Source: Macrostomum hystrix (lineage: Eukaryota; Animalia; Platyhelminthes). From it: a stretch of DNA of 64,000 nt. Made by a program: the position numbers and the translations under genes. Position 1 is the first letter of the stretch; each line of letters begins with the position of its first letter. The DNA is taken from assembly GCA_950097015.1 (NCBI GenBank), contig CATNEN010000001.1, positions 21,948,001 to 22,012,000 on the forward strand, given 5' to 3'. The notes beneath the pieces were generated by a model. It was not told where the DNA came from. It did no database searches and saw only the letters and a program-made list of their open reading frames with translations. Positions 38,040-48,959 of this stretch are shown here, one piece after another.

Positions 38040-39655
38040 TTCTGCTGCTGCTGCTGCTGCCGCCAATGCAACCGATGCGGCAGCCACATCAACTTCGGTC
38101 AGCGTTGGAAACAGCCCGAACCCCAGTCCGGCTCACAAATCGCGGAGAATTTTGCATCAGCAGCCGCAGCAGCAGCAACGCAATCAGCGTGGCTCCTCGC
38201 TGAGAGAGACCAGCCGAAGGCCGCTAAACTCCGCGCTGCCACCTCCACCAGTGCCTCCGCCACCTTCAAAGCAACTGACTCGTTCGCCTCAACAATCACC
38301 TCACTCTGGACAGCAACCGTCTCACTCTGGACAGCAACCGTCTCACTCTGGACAGCAACCGTCTCACTCTGGACAGCAACCGTCTCACTATGGACAGCAA
38401 CCGTCTCTTTCTGGACAGCAAGCGTCACGCCCTGGACAGCAACCGTCACACCCTGGACAGCAACCAGCTCTTTCTGGACAGCAACCGTCTCTTTCTGGGC
38501 AGCAACCAGCTCTTTCTGGACAGCAACCAGCTCTTTCTGGACAGCAACCGTCTCTTTCTGGACAGCAACCGTCTCAATCTGGACAGCAACCGACTCACTC
38601 TGGACAGCAACCGTCTCTTTCTGGACAGCAACCGTCTCACTCTGGACAGCAACCGTCTCACTCTGGACATCAACCGTCTCACTATGGACAGCAACCGTCT
38701 CTTTCTGGACAGCAAGCGTCACGCCCTGGACAGCAACCGTCACACCCTGGACAGCAACCGTCTCAATCTGGACAGCAACCGTCTCAATCTGGACAGCAAC
38801 CGTCTCACTATGGACAGCAACCGTCTCTTTCTGGACAGCAACCGTCTCACTCTGGACAGCAACCGTCTCTTTCTGGACAGCAACCGTCTCTTTCTGGACA
38901 GCAACCGTCTCTTTCTGGACAGCAACCGTCTCAATCTGGACAGCAACCGTCTCATTCTGGACAGCAACCGTCTCACTCTGGACAGCAAGCGTCTCAATCT
39001 GGACAGCAACCGTCTCAATCTGGACAGCAACCGTCTCACTCTGGACAGCAACCGTCTCTTTCTGGACAGCAACCGTCTCAATCTGGACAGCAACCGTCTC
39101 ACTCTGGACAGCAACCGTCTCAATCTGGACAGCAACCGTCTCAATCTGGACAGCAACCGTCTCAATCTGGACAGCAGCCGTCTCAATCTGGACAGCAACC
39201 GTCTCACTCTGGACAGCAACCGTCTCAATCTGGACAGCAACCGTCTCACTCTGGACAGCAACCGTCTCACTCTGGACAGCAACCGTCACACTCTGGACAG
39301 CAACCGTCTCACTCTGGACAGCAACCGTCTCAATCTGGACAGCAACCGTCTCACTCTGGACATCAACCGTCACACCCTGGACAGCAACCGACTCATTCAC
39401 CTATAAAAACTCATTTAGAACAGCAACCACCTCATTTACCGCAACTGAATTGTCACACAAGCCAGCAGCATCAGCAGTATCCACCGCCGCGTCCGCCTAG
39501 GCCCGGTTTCAAACAGTGGACTCCAGCTGAAGTCGCATCAGTTTCCGTTGCCAAGGTAACTGGTCCGCAAATCGAGGAAGTTGAGACTAAAGCGGACGAA
39601 GTTAATTGCGAACCACTGCGAGATGCAGCCGACAACACAGACAACACATCTGCTG
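37618..39655 (+). CDS. Putative alternative first exon of an internal-promoter dystrophin isoform (unique ~680-aa N-terminus with SGQQPSx heptads); alternatively a nested single-exon gene ending at TAG 39675
   Basis: Coding-like GC-rich unique sequence on both sides of an in-frame 21-nt repeat; ATG 37618; GCT G|gtcagt donor at 39656 is phase 1, matching the acceptor at 46534. Confidence 0.65.
38300..39398 (+). repeat. 21-bp coding minisatellite TCTGGACAGCAACCGTCT(CAC/CAA/CTT), ~52 copies
   Basis: in frame within ORF 37618; encodes SGQQPS[H/Q/L]. Confidence 0.95.
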
Positions 39656-39961
39656 GTCAGTTCAAAGACATGTAGAATGCTTCAATTAGTTACAAATTTA
39701 TGGAGCTATGGTTTTTACCCTGGGTATGGCTAGTATGCTAGCAAATATTAATGCCTTTTTTGTTAAAGCCTTATGATGGTCGATTGTGGGATCTTAATTT
39801 AGTCCGGTAATTTGCTAGATCGTCTATGGGACAGCGCGTGACTGAGCATAATGTGAGCTCATAATTAGCTACCTGTTCCGGCTTGGAAGGTGAAGCATAT
39901 GATGAAATAGTTATTATGACGTTCTGCAAGCTCTTTCGCTTCTCGATCTGCATCTAAATTG

Positions 39962-40125
<164 letters not shown>

Positions 40126-40640
40126 CAGCATCTGAGCCTCAGTAAAAGTGCATCTCGTGTAATGATAGCTTACATTCCCAGTGGCTGGTGTGTGGGGGTG
40201 GAGGGTTGGTGGCATGTGAGCTGAGTTTCTGGCCCCAGCCAAGAATGTCTGAAAACGCTTGTGTAAAGACGGGACTTCGGCTAGGTTGAGTCGACTTTGG
40301 AATGGGGGAGGCAGGCGACGAGAATCGGCCGCTGAAACTAGGAGGGGGAGGAGCGGAGGGTCGGGAGACTAGAAGCAAGCTGGAGGGTATGATTGATTCC
40401 CCAGATCTTGCTGCTATGCTCCTTGTTGGACTTTGAGCTCACGCACAGAGTCCGAGCATGCAACACACCCAATCAGCCTCCACTAATCCCCACTGCTCTA
40501 TTAATCTCTCGGATTGGTGCGAATGCTATCTGAGCTTTCAAAGAAATGGCCATAATGGCCAGGTTACAATTATCATAACTTTTCGGTACTTGGTTTGTTT
40601 GTCAATTTGACAAGACTTCATGGACATTGTCGCACTTATC

Positions 40641-40887
40641 AGAGGAGAGTAGAGGAGAGGATAATAGAGTAGAGTTGAGTAGAGTAGAGTAGAGGAGAGG
40701 AGAGGAGAGGAGAGAAGAGGAGAGAAGAGGAGAGGAGGGGAGAGGAGAGGAGAGGAGAGGAGAGAAGAGGAGAGGATGGGAGAGTAGTGGAGAGGATAGT
40801 AGAGTAGAGGAGAGGAGAGGAGAAGAGAGTAGAGGATAGTAGAGTAGAGGAGAGGAGAGGAGAGGAGTAGATGATAGTAGAGTAGAG
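40641..40887 (+). repeat. degenerate (GGAGA/GTAGA)n
   Basis: direct inspection. Confidence 0.85.
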
Positions 40888-41221
40888 AACTATATAGGTG
40901 TTGCAATAATTCTTATCATCTTTGCTGATAAATATTTTTATTCTCGAACATTTTCATGAAAATGTTTTTAGCCAAAGTTTGTGGCAGCATTTTCAGATTT
41001 TAATTAAAAAGATATGAATCCAATCTTTTATGGTCCTTATCGAAATTCCAAAGAAATTTTTCGACTATGAGGGATAGTTTCTGTACCCTACTGAGCTCAG
41101 TAGTATTCGATGATTTTGTTTCAACGAAATGTCAGAAAAAAATTTACGAAAAGCTGTGTACAATTGTTCAGTCCATAGACTGGGCGAGGCCACAACACCT
41201 TTCTGAATTTCTACCCCAGCT

Positions 41222-41307
41222 GATGGCAGAGCAGTCTAACGCGTCTGCCTCTCGCACCGAGGTCCCTGACTCGATTCCGCGGCGAGGCCACATTTAATTG
41301 GGGCGCT
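41222..41307 (+). mobile_element. SINE family A head fragment, adjoining a minus-strand family B fragment (41165-41222)
   Basis: TGGCAGAGCAGTCTAACGCG...TCGATTCCGCGGCGAGGCCACA matches family A. Confidence 0.7.
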
Positions 41308-41649
41308 GTCAAACAAACTTTCGCTGTCAAAGTTCGTAAATTATGCCTTGGCGACTTTACGATTTCTTAAAAAATAGTTTTTTTTTCTCCAAGGAGTTTG
41401 AAGGCCATTCTCCTTGCTCTGCATAGAAGAGCCAACTAAAACCCACGAGAGACACTTGAAACTATGAACCAACAACTGGAGTGCCTGTCCACCCATTTTC
41501 CCCTTGGAATCGCAAGGAATTAAAGGAAGCCGCGATGAGGCTTGAGCAAACTGATGTTCGCTTTTAGAGGCTATTATTTGTTCATCAATAGAAATTAAGG
41601 TTTACATATTTTGAGCACAAAGAATGTAATAGCATGCAGCTTATTGTGC

Positions 41650-42380
41650 AGAGAGCTCGGGATTGAGAGGTCGGGAGTTCGCACCTCAGCGAAAATCAAG
41701 CACTCTGTGTCCTCTAGTGCTACAGCTATTAAATGGGCAACAGTATTTGCTGGCTTGACAGTCCATGGACAGAGGGGGCGAGAGGGCTCAGCGGCTAACG
41801 TCGCTGCCTCGCACTCCAAAGGACGCTAGTTCGATTCACCCTTCAAGTCACGATTAATTTCGGTACTTGTTGGGGGGGTTTGGACAGTAGCGACCGGCGG
41901 AGGTGCACCATATTTCGTGCAATCAAAGCTTGAAAAATAGCTTCGCTCCTATCTTTCTGTGTACCTGTTCTGCGTGTATGAGTTATGTGCGTTGGCGCTG
42001 GGGCGTTAGACCTTGCGGGGGGTGGCTGGGGGGCGGGTGTACACCGCCGCGCGCTCATCTGGATTTCCGTCAGCGCGATTGGATAAAGTGTACACTCGTC
42101 ACCCGCCCACCCCCTGAGGACTGATTTCTATCAGCCTTCCGCCACGGCTTGGCTTGCTGCTGTGTGTGTGAGGTGCCTGCTCATGGGAGGCGGCGCGATG
42201 GGCGGCTCTCGCCTAGTTCGCCGGCCTGGGGGCATGCCGTTCCTGTGTTTGTGCGTCAGGTGCCCCAGGCCCCCCCTGCAAAGTAAGTAAGTAAGTAAGT
42301 CCATGGACAGAACACTTGTACATGTATTGTACATGTACATAGCCTTTAGAAGCGCCTATGCCTGCGACTACAAACTATTT
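41650..42380 (+). mobile_element. Old B-related SINE interrupted by a nested insertion
   Basis: GAGGTCGGGAGTTCG..CAGCTATTAAATGGG..CAGTCCATGGACAGA, resuming after 42311 as ACACTTGTAC..AGCCTTTAGAAGCGCC. Confidence 0.6.
41774..42297 (+). mobile_element. tRNA-derived SINE family D (~520 bp) with (AAGT)n tail and 14-bp TSD
   Basis: GGGCTCAGCGG A-box-like and GTTCGATTC B box; AAGT tandem tail; AGTCCATGGACAGA duplicated at 41760-41773 and 42298-42311. Confidence 0.85.
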
Positions 42381-42867
42381 CTTTTCACTGGTCATTTGAG
42401 TCTAACGGCCCAGTTTGAGTCTATTCAGATTAGAATCTGGGTGTCTATCTATCGATTGTATCCGATGCTATTCAATCTTCGTTTTTGAATGAATGGAATT
42501 CAAATCAGTTAGTCTCCATAGAATGATAAACATACACTGAGTGCAGTTTCGCATGCAGGGAACTTCAGGGTTCAGTTGGGGTTAGTAAAGAGTTCACACA
42601 CATTCTAGAATATCCCCATTATTTTCTATGAGCATCTAGCGAGGGGGTCATTTTTCGGTTGGTTGAGTTTGCGGTTGCTCTTATGAATGGAGCTGTGTGG
42701 GTGGGCAGGGCTTCTCCCTACTGGCGGCTGTTGGTTGCCAACCCCAGTTTTTACTGGGGAAAGGAAAATGTGAGAGTAGAGAGCAAGTAGAGCACTGAGC
42801 TCTCTTTCTTGGAAAATTTGAGTTTGAGAGGGGTGAGGATACGAGATAAATGTGTGAGGGGATGAGG

Positions 42868-43490
42868 GGGAGTAGAGGAGAGGATAGGACAGTATAGAAG
42901 AGGAGAGGAGAGGAGAGGAGAGGAGAGGAGAGGATAGTAGAGGAGAGGAGAGGAGATATAAAATAATACTTGATTAAAAAGCATGACTGAGTTAGTTATG
43001 AATAGAAGGAGATGAGAGGAGAGGAGAGGAGAGCAGAGCAGAGGAGAGCAGAGGGGAGGAGAGTAGAGGAGAGGAGACGAGACGAGACGAGAGGAGAGGA
43101 GAGCAGAGGTGAGGAGAGGAGATTAGAGTAGAGCAGAGGAGAGCAGAGGGGAGGAGAGGAGAGGAGAGTAGAGTAGAGGAGAGTAGAGTAGAGGAGGGGA
43201 GAGCACAGCAGACGTGAGGAGAGGAGATTAGAGTAGAGCAGATGAGAGCAGAGTAGAGGAGAGGAGAGGAGAGAAGAGGTGAGGAGAGGAGAGGAGAGGA
43301 GAGGAGAGAAGAGGTGAGGAGAGGAGAGGAGAGGAGAAGAGAGGAGACGAGAGGAGAAGAGAGGAGACGAGAGGAGAGGAGAGGAGAGGAGAGGAGAGGA
43401 GAGGAGAGGAGAGGAGAGTAGAGGAGGAGCGGAGAGGAGATATAAAATAATACTAGATTAAAAATCATGAGAGTTAGTTATGAATAGAAG
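42868..43490 (+). repeat. (GGAGA)n arrays each followed by a duplicated ~50-bp AT-rich block
   Basis: TATAAAATAATACT..GTTAGTTATGAATAGAAG at 42957 and 43441. Confidence 0.85.
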
Positions 43491-44975
43491 CAGGGTGACA
43501 TATCTTATGAATTTCGCTAACTAGACCATTTCCTTCCATTTCCTGGTTGACGACTAAAAGCGTTTAAGGTAGGAATTTTCGGAGCAAGCAATTAAAATCT
43601 TAAAAAGCTACCTCAAAGAAAATATTCATCATAACTCACAAAACAATCCAGTTCAACTGCCTAAGCCATCAGGTCAAGCAACGCGAATCAGTCTGAAATA
43701 AACAATAGCTGTCAGAACCAGAGACAATGCATCGACAAGTGCCTCTCCAATGCGATTGTCAAAATTTTAAGGTTTTGACCTTGCAGGGGAGGGTTTGGTA
43801 AAAACCGCTTTGAGGTCACGCCAATGCGCGATGTGTCACGCCAGGTGGAAGAAAAGTTTTTGCCCCAATCATTTTTCGTCATACTCATCGAACCGACACC
43901 TTACTGGAGGAGAAAGTGGCTTTGGAAAGATGGACCAGATTGGTTAACGGGGAGAGGGAGTGTGTGTGGGATAGAGGGGCTTGCTTCAAATCTGCTTGCA
44001 CCCAGAAGATGAAGGCGCGGATTGAGCACATGTGTCAGTCTGCGGTGAGGACTGTCCTCCCCCCCAATCTTCTCGGCTAAACTGACGGCTGCTTAATGAA
44101 ACAAGAATGAGGCAAGTGGTGGACATTGGGGCTTGAGCAGGCCTTGAGTTGGGGGAGGTGACATTGCACAAACATTTTCTTCCCGTCTCCCATCTGCGCA
44201 GACCAATCCCAAATCTGCCAATCCCAGCCACCAAGGACCGGCCCCACAAAACTCTAAAAGCTCATCCCAATCCCATCTGTGTGGCAAAGAAAGTTCCCTT
44301 GAAAAAAGGCTTTGAACTATTTCGTCCTGAGTGTCTTGACTTTAATCGACTGCCAGTTGCCAACAGCAAGTGGACAGCACAGCGAGATAGAGAGGCCTTG
44401 ACAAAAGCGCGCAGTCGGTGTAGCTTAGAATTCCTCAATGTAAGTACGTCAATATCTTAATAACGTTAGCAACCGCGCGCTTCGTGCTTAAAAAATATTG
44501 GAAACAATTTTCAATAAGTTACTTTTAGAAGCATCTTTAGAGGCTCCCTGAGGAGCTAGATTGGAAGGCTGTTTCATTTCTCGCCTACTAGCGGATGGAC
44601 ATTGGCAAGTGGGGAGAGGGAGACTCGGAGATGATTAGGAGAAAGTCCCGCTGCATAGCGACTTAGTTTCCATGGGGTGCCTATTCGAAGAGAAGTTCTC
44701 TTCTTTTTCGGCTTTTCTCTCTCGACCGAAATTCAGATTCTGCCAGGGCTGGCTGGCCTAATCAGATCCTCGAGAAGTTCCCGCATTCCCTTCCTCATTT
44801 GGAGAGCCCCGCATAGCAACTGGTTTCGAGTCGACTAGCAGTCATCAGCAACAGCCGCTCTGTTGAGAACTCTCAGATTCGTGCTTAATAATCTGGGGCC
44901 CAGATGGGCTGCTAGGAGGGAAGTGACGGGTTCGAAGATTAAACTTTGAACGAAGAATGTTCAAGCTGATGCAAT

Positions 44976-45209
44976 GCAGGCACACGCTCACACAGGTGTG
45001 TACATCTGCCCTGACTTTCTCATCGTCAGGCAGTGTACACTCTCACTGTGCCTTGGAGGTTGGCCCTCAAGGGCGTAAATTGCACGACAAGCCCCCAAAG
45101 CCTTCTCTCCGCGGCTGCGCCCCAAATAAATGCGGCCTCGCCGTGGAATCGAACTTATGGACATTGGTGCGAGAGGCAAACGCGTTAACCGCTCTGCCAC
45201 CGACCCCCC
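44976..45209 (-). mobile_element. SINE family A, 3'-truncated
   Basis: Same head and body as the other copies; B box GTTCGATTCC on the minus strand. Confidence 0.85.
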
Positions 45210-45478
45210 TCAAATACCAGCTGCCTACTTCTCGACAGCTCCCAAATCGAATGGCCGATTTTCGTGAAAATTTCACCATGAAGATTAAAATTTGTAACCC
45301 TTTACAATAAACTAACTTAATCATCTACGTTGATTCTTGTCGGAGACCCTGTTGACAAGGACAACTAACATTGCCCTGTATAAACCTCGATTGCAAATCC
45401 ATATTGGTGCAATAGTATAATAAGAGAATATATTAATTTTAAATACAGACTGTGGTCGTTAGTGTTCAAATGTTTTAA

Positions 45479-45716
45479 AGTGGTTAGAGCTTCGGAGGTA
45501 TGACTGAGAGGTCGCGAGTTCGATTCGGATCCATGAGGAAAATATGGTGTCCTAGTGCTAGGTTCACTTAATTCCCACCTGTAAAATGGGTCAAAATTTG
45601 AAACGCGTAGAAATTCGTGTGGGTCTTGCGTCTTCCACAGTCCACGGAACCGCTGTACTCACTGGATGTACTCAAGGACCACCTGGGCTCAGGTGCTTAC
45701 TTTAATCTAGGCTCGT
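45479..45716 (+). mobile_element. Old CORE-like SINE (B-related)
   Basis: AGTGGTTAGAGC, GAGTTCGATTC, CACTTAA..CTGTAAAATGGG, CAGTCCACGGA and a terminal CACCTG..CAGGTG hairpin. Confidence 0.6.
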
Positions 45717-46533
45717 ACTTGGCACACCTATAAACGAGAGTTGAACCACGACAACAGAAATGTATATCCTTGTGCTTTAAAAGAGTGTCGTTGTCAATTT
45801 CCGCGACCTCGACCTGTGATTGCGAACTGTATAGAACTCTGTGCGAGTCAGAGCACAAATTCAGGACAGTTTGAGCAGCTCAGGGAAACGGAAAAGAAAG
45901 TAGAACTCAGGCCAAAGAACGGAATGAGCACAAACTGAATTCGCCTTTGACCCACGAAGCGTGTTGTTCTCTGACTACCTGGGCACCTAATGGGGCTCCC
46001 ACGCCGACTTCTAAAGCTCATTAATGCGATGGCAGAGAAGGAGAACAGAACAGAGAGCAGAAAACCTGAGGAGTGAGTCGTTTAGTCCAACCTCTATTTA
46101 AGCTTCCTTTTTTATTTTAGTCTCGGTCTCGCTTGAAGCAAATCTAATTAATTATTAATGAGCCTTGTAACCTCCGAGACGAACGCTTCCTCGCGACCGT
46201 GAGATTTTTCGGATGATTAGTAAGCTCGCGTCAGATGGGATAATGCTCAGCTTTTAGAATGCGCTTGATGTATGTCCCAAATGCTGCCGCCTGTACCACT
46301 GCAATATGTTAATATTTCCGTCCCGTCTCAAGTCGTAAAAATCAGAAAAACATGTGTGCCAAACATTCGAGCTTTCTCAGATGATACCAGTGCTCATTGC
46401 CTCATTGATGTCTATGAAGTGTTTATTGAGAAGTGTTTCATTGACGTCTTAGAAGAACTCGCAGACGTCTAGAGCTCGCAGTTTAAAAGACGCCGTCTTC
46501 AACTCTGGCTCATCCCGATTTTCCAAACCGCAG

Positions 46534-47156
46534 CCGCTGCCACTGTCGCCAGCTGCGAAGCGGCCGAGCGCGGGCTTCAACAGAGGCGCGCCGAAATGGA
46601 GGAGGCTTCAATTGAGCTTCGCCAATGGGAGCAGCTGTGCCGCCAGACCGAGTCCCTGCTCAACCAAGTCGCGGGTCCGGCACCACCGCCAGCTGAGTTG
46701 GTTCGCCAGCTCGAGAGCCTCATCAACAGGGGGGAGACACTGCGAGCGAAGTACTCTGGCGAGGACACTCAGCCGCTGAGGCAGAGGCTCACGAGACTCA
46801 CTGCTTCTCTGGCCGGCATTCAGGCCAGCAACAGAGACGAAGCGAAACCTGAGCAGCAGCAGGTGCCACCGCCGCAGCTGCGGCCGAAGCCGACTCCCGC
46901 TGTGGTGGCAGCCGCAGCAGCTAGACGCAGGCGGGAAAGTGGCGACCCGGACAATGTCAATCATTCGTTGGCCAATGGCAGCCTGGATATCTTCAACCAG
47001 ACGAAGTTGGCTAATTCGACTGCGGCAGCCGTTGCCAGCGAGGACGAGTCGTCCTTGGAGAAGCTTGAGGAGCGGGCGACGTTCTGGGAAGAGCGTCTGG
47101 CTGCGGCGGCGGCCGGAACCGCCGATGACGGCGGAGAGGAAAGCAGCTGGGTCAAG
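46534..47156 (+). CDS. Dys: Dystrophin-like exon 11 (spectrin repeats and hinge-like linker)
   Basis: aaccgcag|CC phase 1 completes G+CC=Ala; ELRQWEQLCRQTESLL...LEERATFWEERL; AAG|gtgaga donor. Confidence 0.85.
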
Positions 47157-47189
47157 GTGAGATGGACTTGCCAAGTCAGAGTTCGTATG

Positions 47190-47481
47190 TGTGGAGTGGT
47201 AATGCATGCTGCTCTCGCACCAATGAGCTCGAATCCGCGGCGAGGCCGCACTAACTTAGAGCGCAGCCGGGGTGAGAAGACTTTGGGGATGTGCACCCAT
47301 GACGGCCAATCACACAAAGGCACAGTGAACGAGTGTACACTTCCTGACAAATAATAGCCATGGCGGATGTACACACCGCTGTGCGTGTGTGCTCAGGGGT
47401 CAGGGGTGTGTGCTCAGAGATCAGGGGTTTGTGCTCAGCGCTCAGGGGCGTGTGCTCAGGGGTCAGGGGTGTGTGCTCAGG
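47190..47481 (+). mobile_element. Degenerate SINE family A ending in a GTGTGCTCAGGGGTCAGGG tandem expansion
   Basis: CTCTCGCACCAA, GAGCTCGAATCCGCGGCGAGGCC and GAGTGTACAC...GATGTACAC landmarks retained. Confidence 0.7.
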
Positions 47482-48356
47482 TATGAACGAGAATTTGAGC
47501 ATGACCTCAGCACGTCAGAGACTATATGACTCTGGTCTCCAGGCAAGTTTTACTAAATCGTATGTGTTGCATACATAAGTGATAAAAGTACACTTGACCG
47601 AATAAAGCTAATTTTTCAGAGTGCCTACCAACTCGAATTTCATAGGCGAGGCGGCATTTTCGCACTTCTTCACAAACTCTCTACAGAACTTTGGGAAGAA
47701 AAAGTTTAGGCCCCTCCGGAGAGCATTGTGTGAGTCGAATTCCCAATCCGCTATCTGCCTTAGTACGAGCTATTTGCTAATAGCAAACGTAGAAACCTTA
47801 GCTGAAATATTAATCCCCAAAATTGAGCAGTTTGAGCTGGAAAAAACGCGACCAGCCCAGTTCCCGATGCAGATGAACTCAACCAATCGGGCGGCGAACC
47901 CCCGACCGCCTCCCCCCAGGGTATAGAGGACACAGGGAGCGGCATTGCTGAGCCGCTTAGCAAATTAGTTCACTTAGTTGCTGACTCAAATTCTCCCATT
48001 TCGGCATCCAGTCCTGTCTCCCACCGTGCCCGCACAACAACAGCCTCCCTCCTCAGATTAGATTACTTCCCAGTGTCTCATTGTGAGCTTCTAATTGTGA
48101 CACCGCCGCGTTGGGGAGTTAGCGCAAGCGCGAAGCTGTTCCGACTTGCATCTCTGCTATAAACTTAGCACTGTACCGACAAAGAGACTCGCCAAGCCGA
48201 CCCCCCAAGTGGTGGCACCAAATGCTTTGCATAAACCTGCATTGTCAGTTGTAAAAACAAACATTCTAAGTACAGAAAAGAAAACTCATTTCCTTTCACT
48301 GAATGACAGAAATTGAAGTTCTTGCTATCACGACCAACAAACCCGACTTTATCTAT

Positions 48357-48630
48357 GGGTCGGTGGCAGAGCGGTTAACGCGTTTGCCTCTCGCACCGAG
48401 GTCCCTGAGCTCGATTCCACGGCGAGGCCAGGATCAACCTCCAAGGCCCAGTGAAGTGTACACTGCCTGACGATGAGAAATTCAGGGCAGATGTACACAC
48501 CTGTGTGAGTTGTGCTCAGGAGTCAGCGAAACGGGCAGAATTGCCTCCTCGCTGGCTGCGGGTCTAGTGTCACCAAATGTGCCATGTGCCATGTGCCATT
48601 GCCCGCAGCTATTATTATTGCAATTATTAT
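48357..48630 (+). mobile_element. SINE family A with internal deletions and (ATT)n tail
   Basis: GGGTCGGTGGCAGAGCGG head through GCCCGCAGC then ATTATTATT. Confidence 0.88.
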
Positions 48631-48959
48631 TAACCATTTAGCAGGAAATCGCTCGATTTTTCGAATAAAATATGAATATTTTTAACTGTGAACTTACTAC
48701 TACACTACTTTAAGTAGCAGGATATGAAATTACTCGCATTCCAGACATTTTCTTATCTGGCGGTAATGAGCATTAAATTTCATTTCTTTAATAAATCTTA
48801 ACCTCTCATTTACCTCAGTCTTCCTATTCTCCCCTCCTCTCTTCTCCCATCCACCAGTTTATCCTCCTATTCACTCCATTCTCCTATCCTCTGCTCCTAT
48901 CCGCGTTCCCATTCTCGTCCCTCTTCTCCTCCAATTTTACCATCTTCTCCCCTACTACC

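Noticed and set aside
38099-39406. Overlapping LDSNRL (+) and ETVAVQ / RRLLSR (-) repeat ORFs
   Set aside because: Shadow frames of the 21-nt repeat; the unique flanks are coding-like only in the SGQQP frame
44149-44445. ORF ending in a strong AAT|gtaagt donor
   Set aside because: Phase 0 is incompatible with the next exon (phase 1), there is no ATG start and no recognisable similarity
48541-48560. GCCTCCTCGCTGGC in SINE A is identical to the P3-L3-P3 of the genomic HDV ribozyme
   Set aside because: The would-be P1 partner (GCCCGCA) lies downstream, no GG follows for P1.1, P2 would overlap P3, and other copies and family D alter the loop. Simple hairpins explain the sequence.
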